A stretch of DNA of 64,000 nucleotides from Clostridia bacterium (GTDB lineage: Bacteria; Bacillota; Clostridia; Oscillospirales; SIG627). The stretch covers positions 3,054-67,053 of the forward strand of contig JAFQMA010000045.1 of NCBI GenBank assembly GCA_017414535.1, given 5' to 3'. The notes beneath the pieces were generated by a model. That model was not told the DNA's origin. It made no database searches and was given only the letters and a program-made list of their open reading frames with translations. Below are positions 17,588 to 25,444 of the stretch, piece by piece; the first letter of the stretch is position 1, and each line of letters starts with the position of its first letter. The translations under genes and the position numbers were made by a program.

Positions 17588-17860
17588 GTGTGGGACGATA
17601 TTTTCGAAATTCTCTTCGAGCTGTTCGGTGAGCTCTATTGCGAACTGCTGGACGGCTGGCTCCGCCGCACGGGAAGAAGGGGAGGCCGCGTCTTGCTCGG
17701 TGCGATCAAGGTCTTTTCCGTTTTGATGCTCGTTGCCCTGGTGCTGGGCGTTCTCATGCTATTTGATGAGACCCTTTCCCTCGTTGGCACGGTCCTTTCC
17801 GCCTTGGGCGGGCTCTACGTGCTGACTACCCTGATCCTCGCCCTTGTGATGAAAAAATAA
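17588..17860 (+). CDS. Small membrane protein (hypothetical)
   Basis: GTG start 9 nt after GGAGA. 90 aa with two hydrophobic helices. Confidence 0.4.
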   Translation: MWDDIFEILFELFGELYCELLDGWLRRTGRRGGRVLLGAIKVFSVLMLVALVLGVLMLFDETLSLVGTVLSALGGLYVLTTLILALVMKK

Positions 17861-17881
17861 ATCCAGAGAAGGTGTCTTTTG

Positions 17882-19162
17882 ATGAATTCCTTTTATTTGA
17901 AGCCTAAATTTCTTTCTACCCTCCGCGGCTATACCGCCTCTGCCCTTGGCAAGGACGTGATCGCAGGCATCATCGTGGCCATCATCGCCCTGCCCCTGTC
18001 CATTGCTCTGGCACTGGCCAGCGGCGTAGAGCCTGCCGCGGGCGTTTATACCGCTATCATTGCGGGCTTTGTGGTGTCGCTTCTGGGCGGTAGCCGCGTG
18101 CAGATCGCAGGCCCCACCGCCGCCTTCGCTGCCATCGTAGCGGGCGTGGTGGCCACCCAAGGCATGTCGGGGCTGATCCTTGCCACCCTCATTGCGGGTA
18201 TCATCCTGATCCTCATGGGCGTTTTGAAGCTGGGCGGTCTCATCCGCTTTATTCCCACCACCATCACCGTGGGCTTTACCGCGGGCATCGCCGTCACCAT
18301 TCTGGCAGGTCAGCTGAAGGACTTTTTCGGCCTCCGGTACGCCGAAGGCCTCCGCCCCGTGGAGACGCTGGAAAAGCTGGAGGCAAACGTGGCCTCCATC
18401 GGTACCTTCTCTTGGCAGGCTCTTCTGGTCGGTGTGGTTTGCCTTGCCATCCTCATCATCTATCCCAAGTTTGAAAAGCGCGTGCCCCCCTCCCTCATTG
18501 CCGTGGTGGTGGGCGCCCTTATGGTGAAATTCATCCCCGGTCTGGATGCGGGTGTCTTTACCATCGGCGAGCTTTATGAGATCCCCCGCGGTCTGCCCCC
18601 CTTTACCCTGGGAAGCGTCAACTTTGATCTTGATTCCATCCTTGCCGTCCTGCCCGATGCCGTCACCATTTCCCTCCTTGCCGCCATTGAGTCTCTGCTC
18701 TCCTGCGTGGTGGCCGACGGCATGGTCAATTCCAAGCACAATCCCAATGCAGAGCTGGTAGCGCAGGGCGCGGGCAATATGCTCTCCGTCATGTTCGGCG
18801 GCATCCCCGCCACCGGCGCCATCGCCCGCACCGCCGCCAATGCCAAAAACGGCGGCCGCACTCCCGTGGCGGGTATGGTCCATGCCTTGGTTCTCCTTTT
18901 AGTGCTTTTGGTGCTCATGCCCCTTGCCAAAATGATCCCCATGCCCACCATCGCCGCCATCCTCTTCATGGTGGCCTATAACATGAGTGAGTGGAAAAAA
19001 TTCGTCTCCCTGTGTAAAACGGAAAAGTGGATGGGTATCCTCGTTCTGGTGCTCACCTTCCTTCTCACCGTCATTTTCGACTTGGTGGTGGCCATCGTGG
19101 CAGGCCTTGCCGTCCACTACCTCTTCGTCCTCATCCTCTTCCTTAAAAAGAAAAAGGCATAA
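17882..19162 (+). CDS. SulP-family anion transporter, transmembrane core only (no STAS domain)
   Basis: ATG 17882 follows AGAAGGTG. ...GYTASALGKDVIAGIIVAIIALPLSIALALASGV... is the SulP signature region. The ORF ends right after the last helix. Confidence 0.85.
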   Translation: MNSFYLKPKFLSTLRGYTASALGKDVIAGIIVAIIALPLSIALALASGVEPAAGVYTAIIAGFVVSLLGGSRVQIAGPTAAFAAIVAGVVATQGMSGLILATLIAGIILILMGVLKLGGLIRFIPTTITVGFTAGIAVTILAGQLKDFFGLRYAEGLRPVETLEKLEANVASIGTFSWQALLVGVVCLAILIIYPKFEKRVPPSLIAVVVGALMVKFIPGLDAGVFTIGELYEIPRGLPPFTLGSVNFDLDSILAVLPDAVTISLLAAIESLLSCVVADGMVNSKHNPNAELVAQGAGNMLSVMFGGIPATGAIARTAANAKNGGRTPVAGMVHALVLLLVLLVLMPLAKMIPMPTIAAILFMVAYNMSEWKKFVSLCKTEKWMGILVLVLTFLLTVIFDLVVAIVAGLAVHYLFVLILFLKKKKA

Positions 19163-19313
19163 AAATTATGCTTTTGATAGGAACACTTGCGATCTTCGCG
19201 GAGATTCTTCCTTGACCGTATTCCAATAGGTATGGATTAAAAGTTGCGGTCTATTTGCAAAGAAAGCTATAAAAATTCCAATCGGAGGCTTGAAGCCTTC
19301 ATCCAAAGAAAAG

Positions 19314-19341
19314 AAAAAGAGCCCGATTGGGCTCTTTTTTT
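19314..19341. terminator. Hairpin AAAAAGAGCCC-GATT-GGGCTCTTTTT, copy 1 (duplicate of 20575-20602)
   Basis: Same stem-loop sequence as the cotJC terminator. It lies downstream (minus-strand sense) of the cotJC relic. Confidence 0.6.
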
Positions 19342-19343
19342 CT

Positions 19344-19462
19344 CTGCATCAAAAAATCGGCTGCAACTTCGTCAAAGTTCAAAAATAGCTCGGTTATTTA
19401 CGAAAAGTAAACGCCCTCGCCATTTTCTGCTTTTCCTCGTTTCGCTCGATTTTTTGAAGCAG
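19344..19462. mobile_element. Possible miniature inverted-repeat element (119 bp, 16-bp terminal inverted repeats)
   Basis: CTGCATCAAAAAATCG (19344-19359) and CGATTTTTTGAAGCAG (19447-19462) are reverse complements at 15 of 16 positions. The segment accounts for the extra spacing between the relic stop codon and hairpin copy 1. Confidence 0.3.
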
Positions 19463-19476
19463 ATGGATTGTCTGAA

Positions 19477-19567
19477 CTAACATCCGCATCCCTTGTCAAA
19501 TTCGGGATTGAAGGCGTAGAAGTTCTTTTTGTCAAGCTTGTCCTGGGCAATACGCAGGGCATCACCG
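19477..19567 (-). pseudogene. Relic 3' fragment of a manganese-catalase (cotJC-like) gene
   Basis: The minus strand reads GDALRIAQDKLDKKNFYAFNPEFDKGCGC*. The intact cotJC C-terminus is GDALRIAQDKLDEKNFYAFNPSFDKICPNGGCNH*. Nucleotide similarity to 20628-20706 is obvious and stops abruptly at 19567. Confidence 0.75.
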
Positions 19568-19634
19568 TTCTTACCAAATCAAAAAGATGCCCAAAAAGTT
19601 TGGTAAAACAGGAAGAGAGAAGGGATGATTTTTC

Positions 19635-19663
19635 TTTACAACAAAAAAATACAGTGCTATAAT
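19635..19663 (+). promoter_or_regulatory. sigma-A-type promoter for the islet gene
   Basis: TTTACA (19635-19640), a 17-nt spacer, then TGcTATAAT (19658-19663). An 8-bp inverted repeat TTACCAAA...TTTGGTAA (19571-19606) lies upstream and may be an operator. Confidence 0.45.
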
Positions 19664-19694
19664 TAGATTGTCGAATAAATAATATTGAGGAGTT

Positions 19695-20576
19695 GTGAGT
19701 ATGTTTGATTTAGCGGAAAGAATCAAAGTTGCACGACAAATAAAAGACATTACACAGCAGGAGTTTTCCGATTTGCTAGGAGTGTGCAGAAGTACTGTTG
19801 CTAACTATGAACTTGGCAGAAGAAGCCCTTCGGTAGAAGAAATTGTAAAGATTTCCGAGGTGCTTGATGTTGATGTTGATTTTCTTTTGGGCGTTGAATC
19901 CAAAAAAAGAAAAGGGCAGGGGGTAATATATGTACTTAAGAATCCATCTTTTCCTGATTATGTGAAAATCGGTTATGCAGATAATATTGAAACCCGTTTA
20001 CAACAACTCAATAATAGCGAATGCACGCCCTTTGCTTTTCGTGTTTATGCAACGTATGAAGTGGATTCTCGTCTTTCGGATTTGAAAATTCATTCTATTA
20101 TTGACAAATTAAACCCCAATCTTCGTTCTATTGATAACTGCAATGGTAAGAAACGAGTTCGTGAGTTTTATGCAATGTCGGCAGAAGATGCATATTCATT
20201 GTTAGAGGCAATTGCGGAAATTCATAATCGTACGGATAGATTGAAAAAGTGGGAACTTAGCGAAAAGGAATTAGTTGCTGAGGAGACTGCAAAAGAGATA
20301 AGCTTAGAAAAGAGGGATAGAAGTACTAATTTTTCTTTTGCGGATTATAATATTCCGATAGGGGGGATTTTGGTCTATATTGATGACCCCAATGTTATTT
20401 GTACTGTCGCGGATGATAGAAGAATTGAATACCGCGGAGAAACAATGTATATTACTCCTTTTGTGAAAATGATTAGTGGAAAAGAGTATATCACAAGAGG
20501 CCCTGGATACCTTGCGGATCATTTTACTTTTAACGGTGATTTGTTGAGACATTATTTTGAAAAAAAGAGCAAATAA
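19695..20576 (+). CDS. XRE-type HTH fused to a T5orf172 / GIY-YIG-like domain protein with an uncharacterised C-terminal domain
   Basis: GAGGAG RBS. The HTH is QQEFSDLLGVCRSTVANYELGRRSPSVEEIVKISEVLDV. The T5orf172-like block is GVIYVLKNPSFPDYVKIGYADNIETRLQQLN...FRVYATYEV...KIHSIIDKLNP...REFY. The coding sequence is visibly AT-rich compared with the flanks. Confidence 0.8.
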   Translation: MSMFDLAERIKVARQIKDITQQEFSDLLGVCRSTVANYELGRRSPSVEEIVKISEVLDVDVDFLLGVESKKRKGQGVIYVLKNPSFPDYVKIGYADNIETRLQQLNNSECTPFAFRVYATYEVDSRLSDLKIHSIIDKLNPNLRSIDNCNGKKRVREFYAMSAEDAYSLLEAIAEIHNRTDRLKKWELSEKELVAEETAKEISLEKRDRSTNFSFADYNIPIGGILVYIDDPNVICTVADDRRIEYRGETMYITPFVKMISGKEYITRGPGYLADHFTFNGDLLRHYFEKKSK

Positions 20577-20602
20577 AAAAGAGCCCGATTGGGCTCTTTT
20601 TT
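20575..20602. terminator. Bidirectional terminator (islet gene / cotJC), copy 2 of the 19314-19341 hairpin
   Basis: AAAAAAGAGCCC-GATT-GGGCTCTTTTTT. It overlaps the stop codons of both convergent genes. Confidence 0.75.
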
Positions 20603-21224
20603 AGTGGTTGCAGCCGCCGTTCGGGCAGATTTTATCAAAACTGGGATTGAAGGCGTAGAAGTTCTTTTCGTCAAGCTTATCCTGAGCAATGCGCAGGGCA
20701 TCACCGAAGCGCTGATAATGCACCAGCTCTCTGGCGCGCAGATAGCGAATGGGATCCTGCACGTCGGGATCGTCCACCAGCCGCAGAATATTGTCGTAGG
20801 TGACTCTTGCCTTTTGCTCTGCGGCCAAGTCCTCGTTCAGGTCGGCCAGAAGATCGCCCTTCACGCCGATATACTTCATGTCACAGGGGACGCCGGCGGC
20901 AGAAGCGGGATAGAGGCCTGCGGTGTGATCCACGAAATACTGATCCATGCCTGCCGCGCGGATCTCCTCGGGAGAAAGTCCCTTGGTCAGCTGATACAGG
21001 ATCGCTGCCACCATCTCCAGATGGGCCAGCTCCTCCACGGCCACGTCGGTCAGGATACCTACGATCTGGCCGTAAGGCACGGTGTAGCGCTGATGGAGAT
21101 AGCGCATGGCCGCGGCCAGCTCACCGTCGGGGCCGCCCAGCTGGCTGATGATGATCTTGGCAAATTTTGCATTGGGATTTTTGATCTTGACGGGATATTG
21201 AAGCTTTTTCTCATATAAAAACAT
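20601..21224 (-). CDS. cotJC: Manganese catalase-family spore coat protein CotJC
   Basis: MFLYEKKLQYPVKIKNPNAKFAKIIISQLGGPDGELAAAMRYLHQRY...EELAHLEMV is the canonical CotJC / Mn-catalase di-metal motif. The start is 1 nt after the cotJB stop. Confidence 0.9.
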   Translation of the reverse strand: MFLYEKKLQYPVKIKNPNAKFAKIIISQLGGPDGELAAAMRYLHQRYTVPYGQIVGILTDVAVEELAHLEMVAAILYQLTKGLSPEEIRAAGMDQYFVDHTAGLYPASAAGVPCDMKYIGVKGDLLADLNEDLAAEQKARVTYDNILRLVDDPDVQDPIRYLRARELVHYQRFGDALRIAQDKLDEKNFYAFNPSFDKICPNGGCNH

Positions 21225-21225
21225 A

Positions 21226-21483
21226 TCAGTTTGCCTCCTTTTCCCAAGGCCAGGGGCCGTTGACCCACTGCCAGCTGTCGCAATCGGCACTGCTGTAAAT
21301 GGTCAGAGGACCGTAAAGCTCCTCGTACTTTTCCTTGAGCTTTTTTACAGCACACTTATGCTCACGATAATATGCCAGCGCCTTTTCGCAGTTGGGATGT
21401 GCATCCAGATAAAGGGCGGCCTCGTAGACGGCGAAATCCTCCGCCTGAATTTCCTTTAACAGCTCGTTACCGTACAGCATCAT
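21226..21483 (-). CDS. cotJB: Spore coat protein CotJB
   Basis: LLKEIQAEDFAVYEAALYLDAHPNCEKALAYYREH...YGPLT is the CotJB signature. Its ATGA start overlaps the cotJA stop. Confidence 0.85.
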   Translation of the reverse strand: MMLYGNELLKEIQAEDFAVYEAALYLDAHPNCEKALAYYREHKCAVKKLKEKYEELYGPLTIYSSADCDSWQWVNGPWPWEKEAN

Positions 21484-22013
21484 TTCCTCCCGTAAGCCAG
21501 AAAAGGCTTGTTCAGCTCCTGGAAGACCGTGCCGCGGCAAAGGCCCTCCTTGGGATCGTAAAGGGAAGAGAAGTGCTGCTTCTCGGAATAGACCATGGCA
21601 AGGCTCCGATGGTCGTGGTCGCAGTCGACCTCGCGTTCACAGTCGTTGTCTCTGCTTCTGTCCGCGCCGGAGCTCTGCTCACAGCCGCAATCGGTGCTTC
21701 TCTGCAGGGGACAGGAAAGTGCCTGACCGCCGCAGGAGCCCCGACACAGGCTTCTTGCTACGGAAGGGCCGCCGCATCGGCCGCAACTGCCGCATTCGTT
21801 CCAGGCTCTTGCGCGAAAGGCACCGCAGGAGGAGTCGCATTCATTCCAGGGTCTGGCACGGAAGGCACTGCAAAGACCGCATCCGTTTCTTGCCTGAGAG
21901 GAACAGCTGTTGCATCCGCTTCTTGCCTGTGCGGAGCAGGAGGAACCGTATTGGGAAACGCCGCAGCTGCCGTTGCCGACACCACAGCGGGAATTCTGTT
22001 TCATCGTGTTCAT
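21480..22013 (-). CDS. cotJA: CotJA-domain spore coat-associated protein with a long Cys-rich N-terminal extension
   Basis: The C-terminal LAMVYSEKQHFSSLYDPKEGLCRGTVFQELNKPFL is the CotJA domain. The first ~131 residues contain 19 Cys with internal repeats. RBS spacing favours the second ATG (22004). Confidence 0.7.
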   Translation of the reverse strand: MNTMKQNSRCGVGNGSCGVSQYGSSCSAQARSGCNSCSSQARNGCGLCSAFRARPWNECDSSCGAFRARAWNECGSCGRCGGPSVARSLCRGSCGGQALSCPLQRSTDCGCEQSSGADRSRDNDCEREVDCDHDHRSLAMVYSEKQHFSSLYDPKEGLCRGTVFQELNKPFLAYGRK

Positions 22014-22060
22014 TCTCCTTCGTTTCGTTTTTTTACCCTCCTGTGGGAGGGCTCAAGGTC

Positions 22061-22088
22061 AGTATATGGCAGGGGCTCCGCAGGGTGA
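22061..22088 (-). promoter_or_regulatory. Mother-cell sporulation-type (sigma-K-like, possibly sigma-E) promoter of the cotJ operon
   Basis: The minus strand reads TTTCACCCTGCGGAGCCCCTGCCATATACTG. This gives CAC, a 16-nt spacer, then CATAtacT, about 45 nt upstream of the cotJA start. The same motif occurs at 47551-47578. Confidence 0.4.
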
Positions 22089-22185
22089 AAGCCTCCTTTT
22101 CTGTGCGTATGAAAAGGAGAGCGAGTCCGGCGCTTTTGTTGCCGCCATTCCTCCGTTTTTTTCTTTTTTTTCCATAAAAGAAAAA

Positions 22186-22935
22186 TCAGCCTAAGATCAC
22201 GTCCAGCAGCATCATCACCACGAAGCCGCAGAAAAGGGCAATGCTGCCCGCCTCTTTATTCTGACTGCGGTAGGAAGGGATCAGCTCTTCCGCTACCACG
22301 AAGGTCATGGCCCCTGCGGAAAAGGCCAGTACGAAGGGAAGAAGAGGGGCGGCAAGCCCTGTAAACGCGAGGGCGAACAATGCCCCGACGGGCTCTACCA
22401 CACCGGATAGAAAGCCCGGCAAAAATGCCTTGGGAGGGCTTTTTCCAAGAGCGCGCAGTGGCAGGGAGATCACGGCTCCCTCGGGAAAATTCTGCAAGGC
22501 AATGCCTATGGCCAGTGCCAGCGCTGCTCCGCCGCCGCTCCCTGTGGGAGAGGAAAGGAATTCCGCCAAAACTACTCCTACTGCCATCCCCTCGGGCAGG
22601 TTGTGCAGTGTTACGGATAGGATCAGGGAAAGGGCAGGGATCCGTGAACGGTCGACACGCCCGCGCCTTGCGATCAGTCCGTCTCCCCACAGGAAGACAA
22701 GCCCACCCAAAAGAAATCCCAGCCCCACGGTGAGAGGGTGCTCGGCTCGCTCCAGCGCAGGCAACAGCAGGCTCCAGACCGAGGCCGCACCCATGACGCC
22801 CGCGGCAAAGCCCATGAGGGCGCCCGTCAGCCTCGGAGAGGGAAGGGAACGAAGAAAAAATACAGCGGCGGCGCCGAGGCTTGTTCCCAAAAAGGGAAGA
22901 AAGATAGCCGCCACGCAAAGAAAAATAGCATTCAT
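22186..22935 (-). CDS. ZIP-family divalent metal transporter (ZupT/GufA-like)
   Basis: Start MNAIFLC follows a GAGGTG RBS. The motifs LHNLPEGMAVGV and ALQNFPEGAVIS are typical of ZIP transporters. Confidence 0.85.
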   Translation of the reverse strand: MNAIFLCVAAIFLPFLGTSLGAAAVFFLRSLPSPRLTGALMGFAAGVMGAASVWSLLLPALERAEHPLTVGLGFLLGGLVFLWGDGLIARRGRVDRSRIPALSLILSVTLHNLPEGMAVGVVLAEFLSSPTGSGGGAALALAIGIALQNFPEGAVISLPLRALGKSPPKAFLPGFLSGVVEPVGALFALAFTGLAAPLLPFVLAFSAGAMTFVVAEELIPSYRSQNKEAGSIALFCGFVVMMLLDVILG

Positions 22936-23089
22936 ATTACACCTCAAAGGATCGGATGATTGGCAGTTCATGCTACTATATTCCGCCTGAGGCACGCCCG
23001 TTCTCCTCAAAAGGCTCGGTTTCTTGGATGTTTTTTACAAAAAATCAAGAAAAAATGGCAAAAAGAAGAACAAAATGTGAAGAAAGGCA

Positions 23090-23118
23090 TTGCAATTTGT
23101 GAAAATCCGTGCTAAAAT
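23090..23118 (+). promoter_or_regulatory. sigma-A promoter for hup
   Basis: TTGCAA (23090-23095), a 17-nt spacer, then TGcTAAAAT (23113-23118). Confidence 0.5.
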
Positions 23119-23176
23119 ATATAAGCAAAGACAATTTGTGCTTTTAATTTTGATTATTTTTTTTGGAGGATTTACC

Positions 23177-23452
23177 ATGAACAAGACCGAACTTATTGCA
23201 GCTGTTGCTGCAGAAGCAGAAGTTTCCAAGAAGGAAGCTGCTGCCGTTATTGAAGCTACCATCGCTGCTGTTACCAAGGCTCTGAAGAAGGGCGAAAAGG
23301 TTCAGCTGATCGGCTTCGGTACCTTTGAGACTCGCGCTCGCGAAGCTCGTCAGGGCAAGAATCCCCGCACCGGTGAGGCTATCAAGATCGCCGCTTGCAA
23401 GGTTCCCGCTTTCAAGGCAGGCGCTGCTCTGAAGGAAGAAGTTAACAAATAA
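23177..23452 (+). CDS. hup: DNA-binding protein HU
   Basis: MNKTELIAAVA...GEKVQLIGFGTFETRAREARQGKNPRTGEAIKIAACKVPAFKAGAALK is near-consensus HU. GGAGG RBS. Confidence 0.95.
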   Translation: MNKTELIAAVAAEAEVSKKEAAAVIEATIAAVTKALKKGEKVQLIGFGTFETRAREARQGKNPRTGEAIKIAACKVPAFKAGAALKEEVNK

Positions 23453-23464
23453 GTTAAGCCAAAA

Positions 23465-23496
23465 GAACAGGGATCCCTTGGGATCCCTGTTTTCTG
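23465..23496 (+). terminator. Rho-independent terminator after hup
   Basis: ACAGGGATCC-CTTG-GGATCCCTGT followed by a T-run. Confidence 0.75.
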
Positions 23497-23530
23497 TCTC
23501 AAATTATGAGTGTGAAGGGGCGATAATCTT

Positions 23531-25408
23531 ATGAGTTCCAAGAAAAAGAAAATATCGGCGGAAAAGTTTACCCGTGCTACCATCGTTCTGTTTTTCGACG
23601 TTCTGGTGATCCTTCTGGCCTATTTTGCGGCCATGTTCATTCAGGCGGATTTTGAATATTCCGGTATTACCTCGTTTCAGAGGACGGCATATGCCACCTC
23701 CATGCCCTTCTGGATCATTCAGACGGTTGCCGTGTTCTTTATTTTCCGTCTGTACGACAGCCTTTGGAGCTACGTCGGTGCCAGCGAGCTGCGCAATATG
23801 ATCTTTGCACACCTTACCCTGATCCCGTTGTACGTGCTCAGTGCCTGGCTATTAAAGCTCCAGATGTCCTATATGTCCCCCGGCTACTACATTATGGGCT
23901 ACGTGCTCGGCTTCTTCGGCACCACCGCCGTCCGCTTCGCCTATCGCTTTTTGCGCTCGCTGACGCCTTTCGGAAGGCGTTCTCACGACGGTAAACAGGA
24001 AAACGTCATGGTGGTTGGCGCCGGCTCCGCCGCGCGCGCCATTATCCGTGAAATGAAGGATTCCCGCAGTACTCGCATAAGGGTGCGCTGCGCCATTGAC
24101 GATAATCCTGCCAAGCACGGCAGACTCATTGAGGGCGTGGAGATCGTGGGCGACCGCTTTGATATTATCAAGGCCGCAGGAAAATTCGATATCACAAAGA
24201 TCGTTTTCGCCATTCCCAGCTGTCCCATTGCCGACCGTCGGGATATCCTGAATATTTGTAAGGAAACGGGCTGTCGACTGATGATCCTTTCCAATGTCGA
24301 TCGGCTTGTGGAGGGCGAGAGCCGTACAGGTCAGCTCCGCCAGGTGGAGATCACTGACCTATTGGGCCGTCAGCAGCTGGACGTGGATAACCGCGCCCTT
24401 TTTGCCGAGCTGAAAAAAAAGATCGTGCTGGTCACGGGCGGCGGCGGCTCCATCGGCAGTGAGCTTTGCCGCCAGATCGCCGATGCAGGAGTCAAGCAGC
24501 TCATCGTTTTTGATATTTACGAAAATTCCGCCTACGAGATCCAGCAGGAGCTTTGCCGCAATCATCCCGAGCTTGACGTGAAGGTGCTCATCGGCTCCGT
24601 GCGCAATACCGCCAGGATCGAATCGGTCATGCAGCAATACCGTCCCGACCTGGTATTTCACGCCGCCGCCCATAAGCACGTGCCCCTTATGGAGGACAGC
24701 CCCTGCGAGGCCATCAAAAACAACGTATTCGGCACGCTGAAGACTGCCGTGGCCGCCGAGAAGGCAGGCGTTGAAAAATTCGTTCTCGTCTCCACCGATA
24801 AGGCCGTCAACCCCACCAATATCATGGGTGCCTCCAAGCGCCTTTGCGAAATGGTGGTGCAGATGATGGATCGCAAAAAGAGCCGCACTCGCTTTGTGGC
24901 TGTCCGCTTCGGCAACGTTTTGGGCAGTAACGGCAGTGTGATCCCCCTCTTTAAGAAGCAGATCGAGGCCGGCGGCCCCGTTACCATTACCGACAAGCGC
25001 ATCATCCGCTACTTTATGACCATCACCGAGGCCGTGTCTCTCGTATTGCAGGCGGCCTACAGCGCCAAAGGCGGAGAGATCTTCGTCCTGGATATGGGCG
25101 AGCCGGTGAAGATCGACGATATGGCCCGCAATCTGATCCGCCTCTCCGGTCTCCGTCCCGACGTGGATATCAAGATCGAATACGTAGGTCTCCGCCCCGG
25201 CGAAAAGCTCTACGAGGAGCTTCTCATGGCCGAGGAGGGCATGACGGAAACGGATAATAAGCTCATCCACATCGGAAAGCCCATCGAGATGAACGACAAA
25301 AATTTCATGGCTCAGCTGAAGGAGCTGGAAAAGGCTGTGAAAAACGAAACCGATGACGTGCGCCGTCTTGTTTCGGAAATGGTACCCACCTACAAGTATC
25401 AAGAATAA
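23531..25408 (+). CDS. Membrane-anchored polysaccharide biosynthesis protein, CapD/PglF/EpsC-type UDP-GlcNAc 4,6-dehydratase
   Basis: Four N-terminal helices, then two Rossmann regions (VVGAGSAARA; VTGGGGSIGSEL), a catalytic-type HAAAHKHVP motif, and FVLVSTDKAVNPTNIMGASKR. Confidence 0.9.
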   Translation: MSSKKKKISAEKFTRATIVLFFDVLVILLAYFAAMFIQADFEYSGITSFQRTAYATSMPFWIIQTVAVFFIFRLYDSLWSYVGASELRNMIFAHLTLIPLYVLSAWLLKLQMSYMSPGYYIMGYVLGFFGTTAVRFAYRFLRSLTPFGRRSHDGKQENVMVVGAGSAARAIIREMKDSRSTRIRVRCAIDDNPAKHGRLIEGVEIVGDRFDIIKAAGKFDITKIVFAIPSCPIADRRDILNICKETGCRLMILSNVDRLVEGESRTGQLRQVEITDLLGRQQLDVDNRALFAELKKKIVLVTGGGGSIGSELCRQIADAGVKQLIVFDIYENSAYEIQQELCRNHPELDVKVLIGSVRNTARIESVMQQYRPDLVFHAAAHKHVPLMEDSPCEAIKNNVFGTLKTAVAAEKAGVEKFVLVSTDKAVNPTNIMGASKRLCEMVVQMMDRKKSRTRFVAVRFGNVLGSNGSVIPLFKKQIEAGGPVTITDKRIIRYFMTITEAVSLVLQAAYSAKGGEIFVLDMGEPVKIDDMARNLIRLSGLRPDVDIKIEYVGLRPGEKLYEELLMAEEGMTETDNKLIHIGKPIEMNDKNFMAQLKELEKAVKNETDDVRRLVSEMVPTYKYQE

Positions 25409-25410
25409 AA

Positions 25411-25441
25411 AAGAAAAGCAGGCTTGCCTGCTTTTCTTTTT
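25411..25441. terminator. Bidirectional terminator
   Basis: AGAAAAGCAGG-CTTG-CCTGCTTTTCT between convergent genes. Confidence 0.7.
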
Positions 25442-25444
25442 GCC

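Noticed and set aside
17882-19162. The SulP transporter lacks the usual C-terminal STAS domain: possibly truncated by the neighbouring rearrangements?
   Set aside because: The ORF ends cleanly after the last transmembrane helix with a Lys-rich tail. I see no STAS-like remnant in any frame of 19163-19313. As far as I recall, STAS-less short SulP proteins exist in Firmicutes. This cannot be settled without alignment to orthologs.
19244-19662. Small plus-strand ORFs 19244-19480 and 19468-19662 in the sulP-islet spacer
   Set aside because: They read through a terminator hairpin, the inverted-repeat segment and the antisense of the cotJC relic. They have no RBS. The region is better explained as rearrangement debris.
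22014-22185. Possible riboswitch or small RNA in the 170-bp spacer between the ZIP transporter gene and cotJA
   Set aside because: It contains the sigma-K-like promoter and a short hairpin (ACCCTCC-TGT-GGGAGGG) in the cotJA leader. I recognise no known riboswitch core, and there is no convincing terminator for the ZIP gene either. Evidence is insufficient for a separate call.
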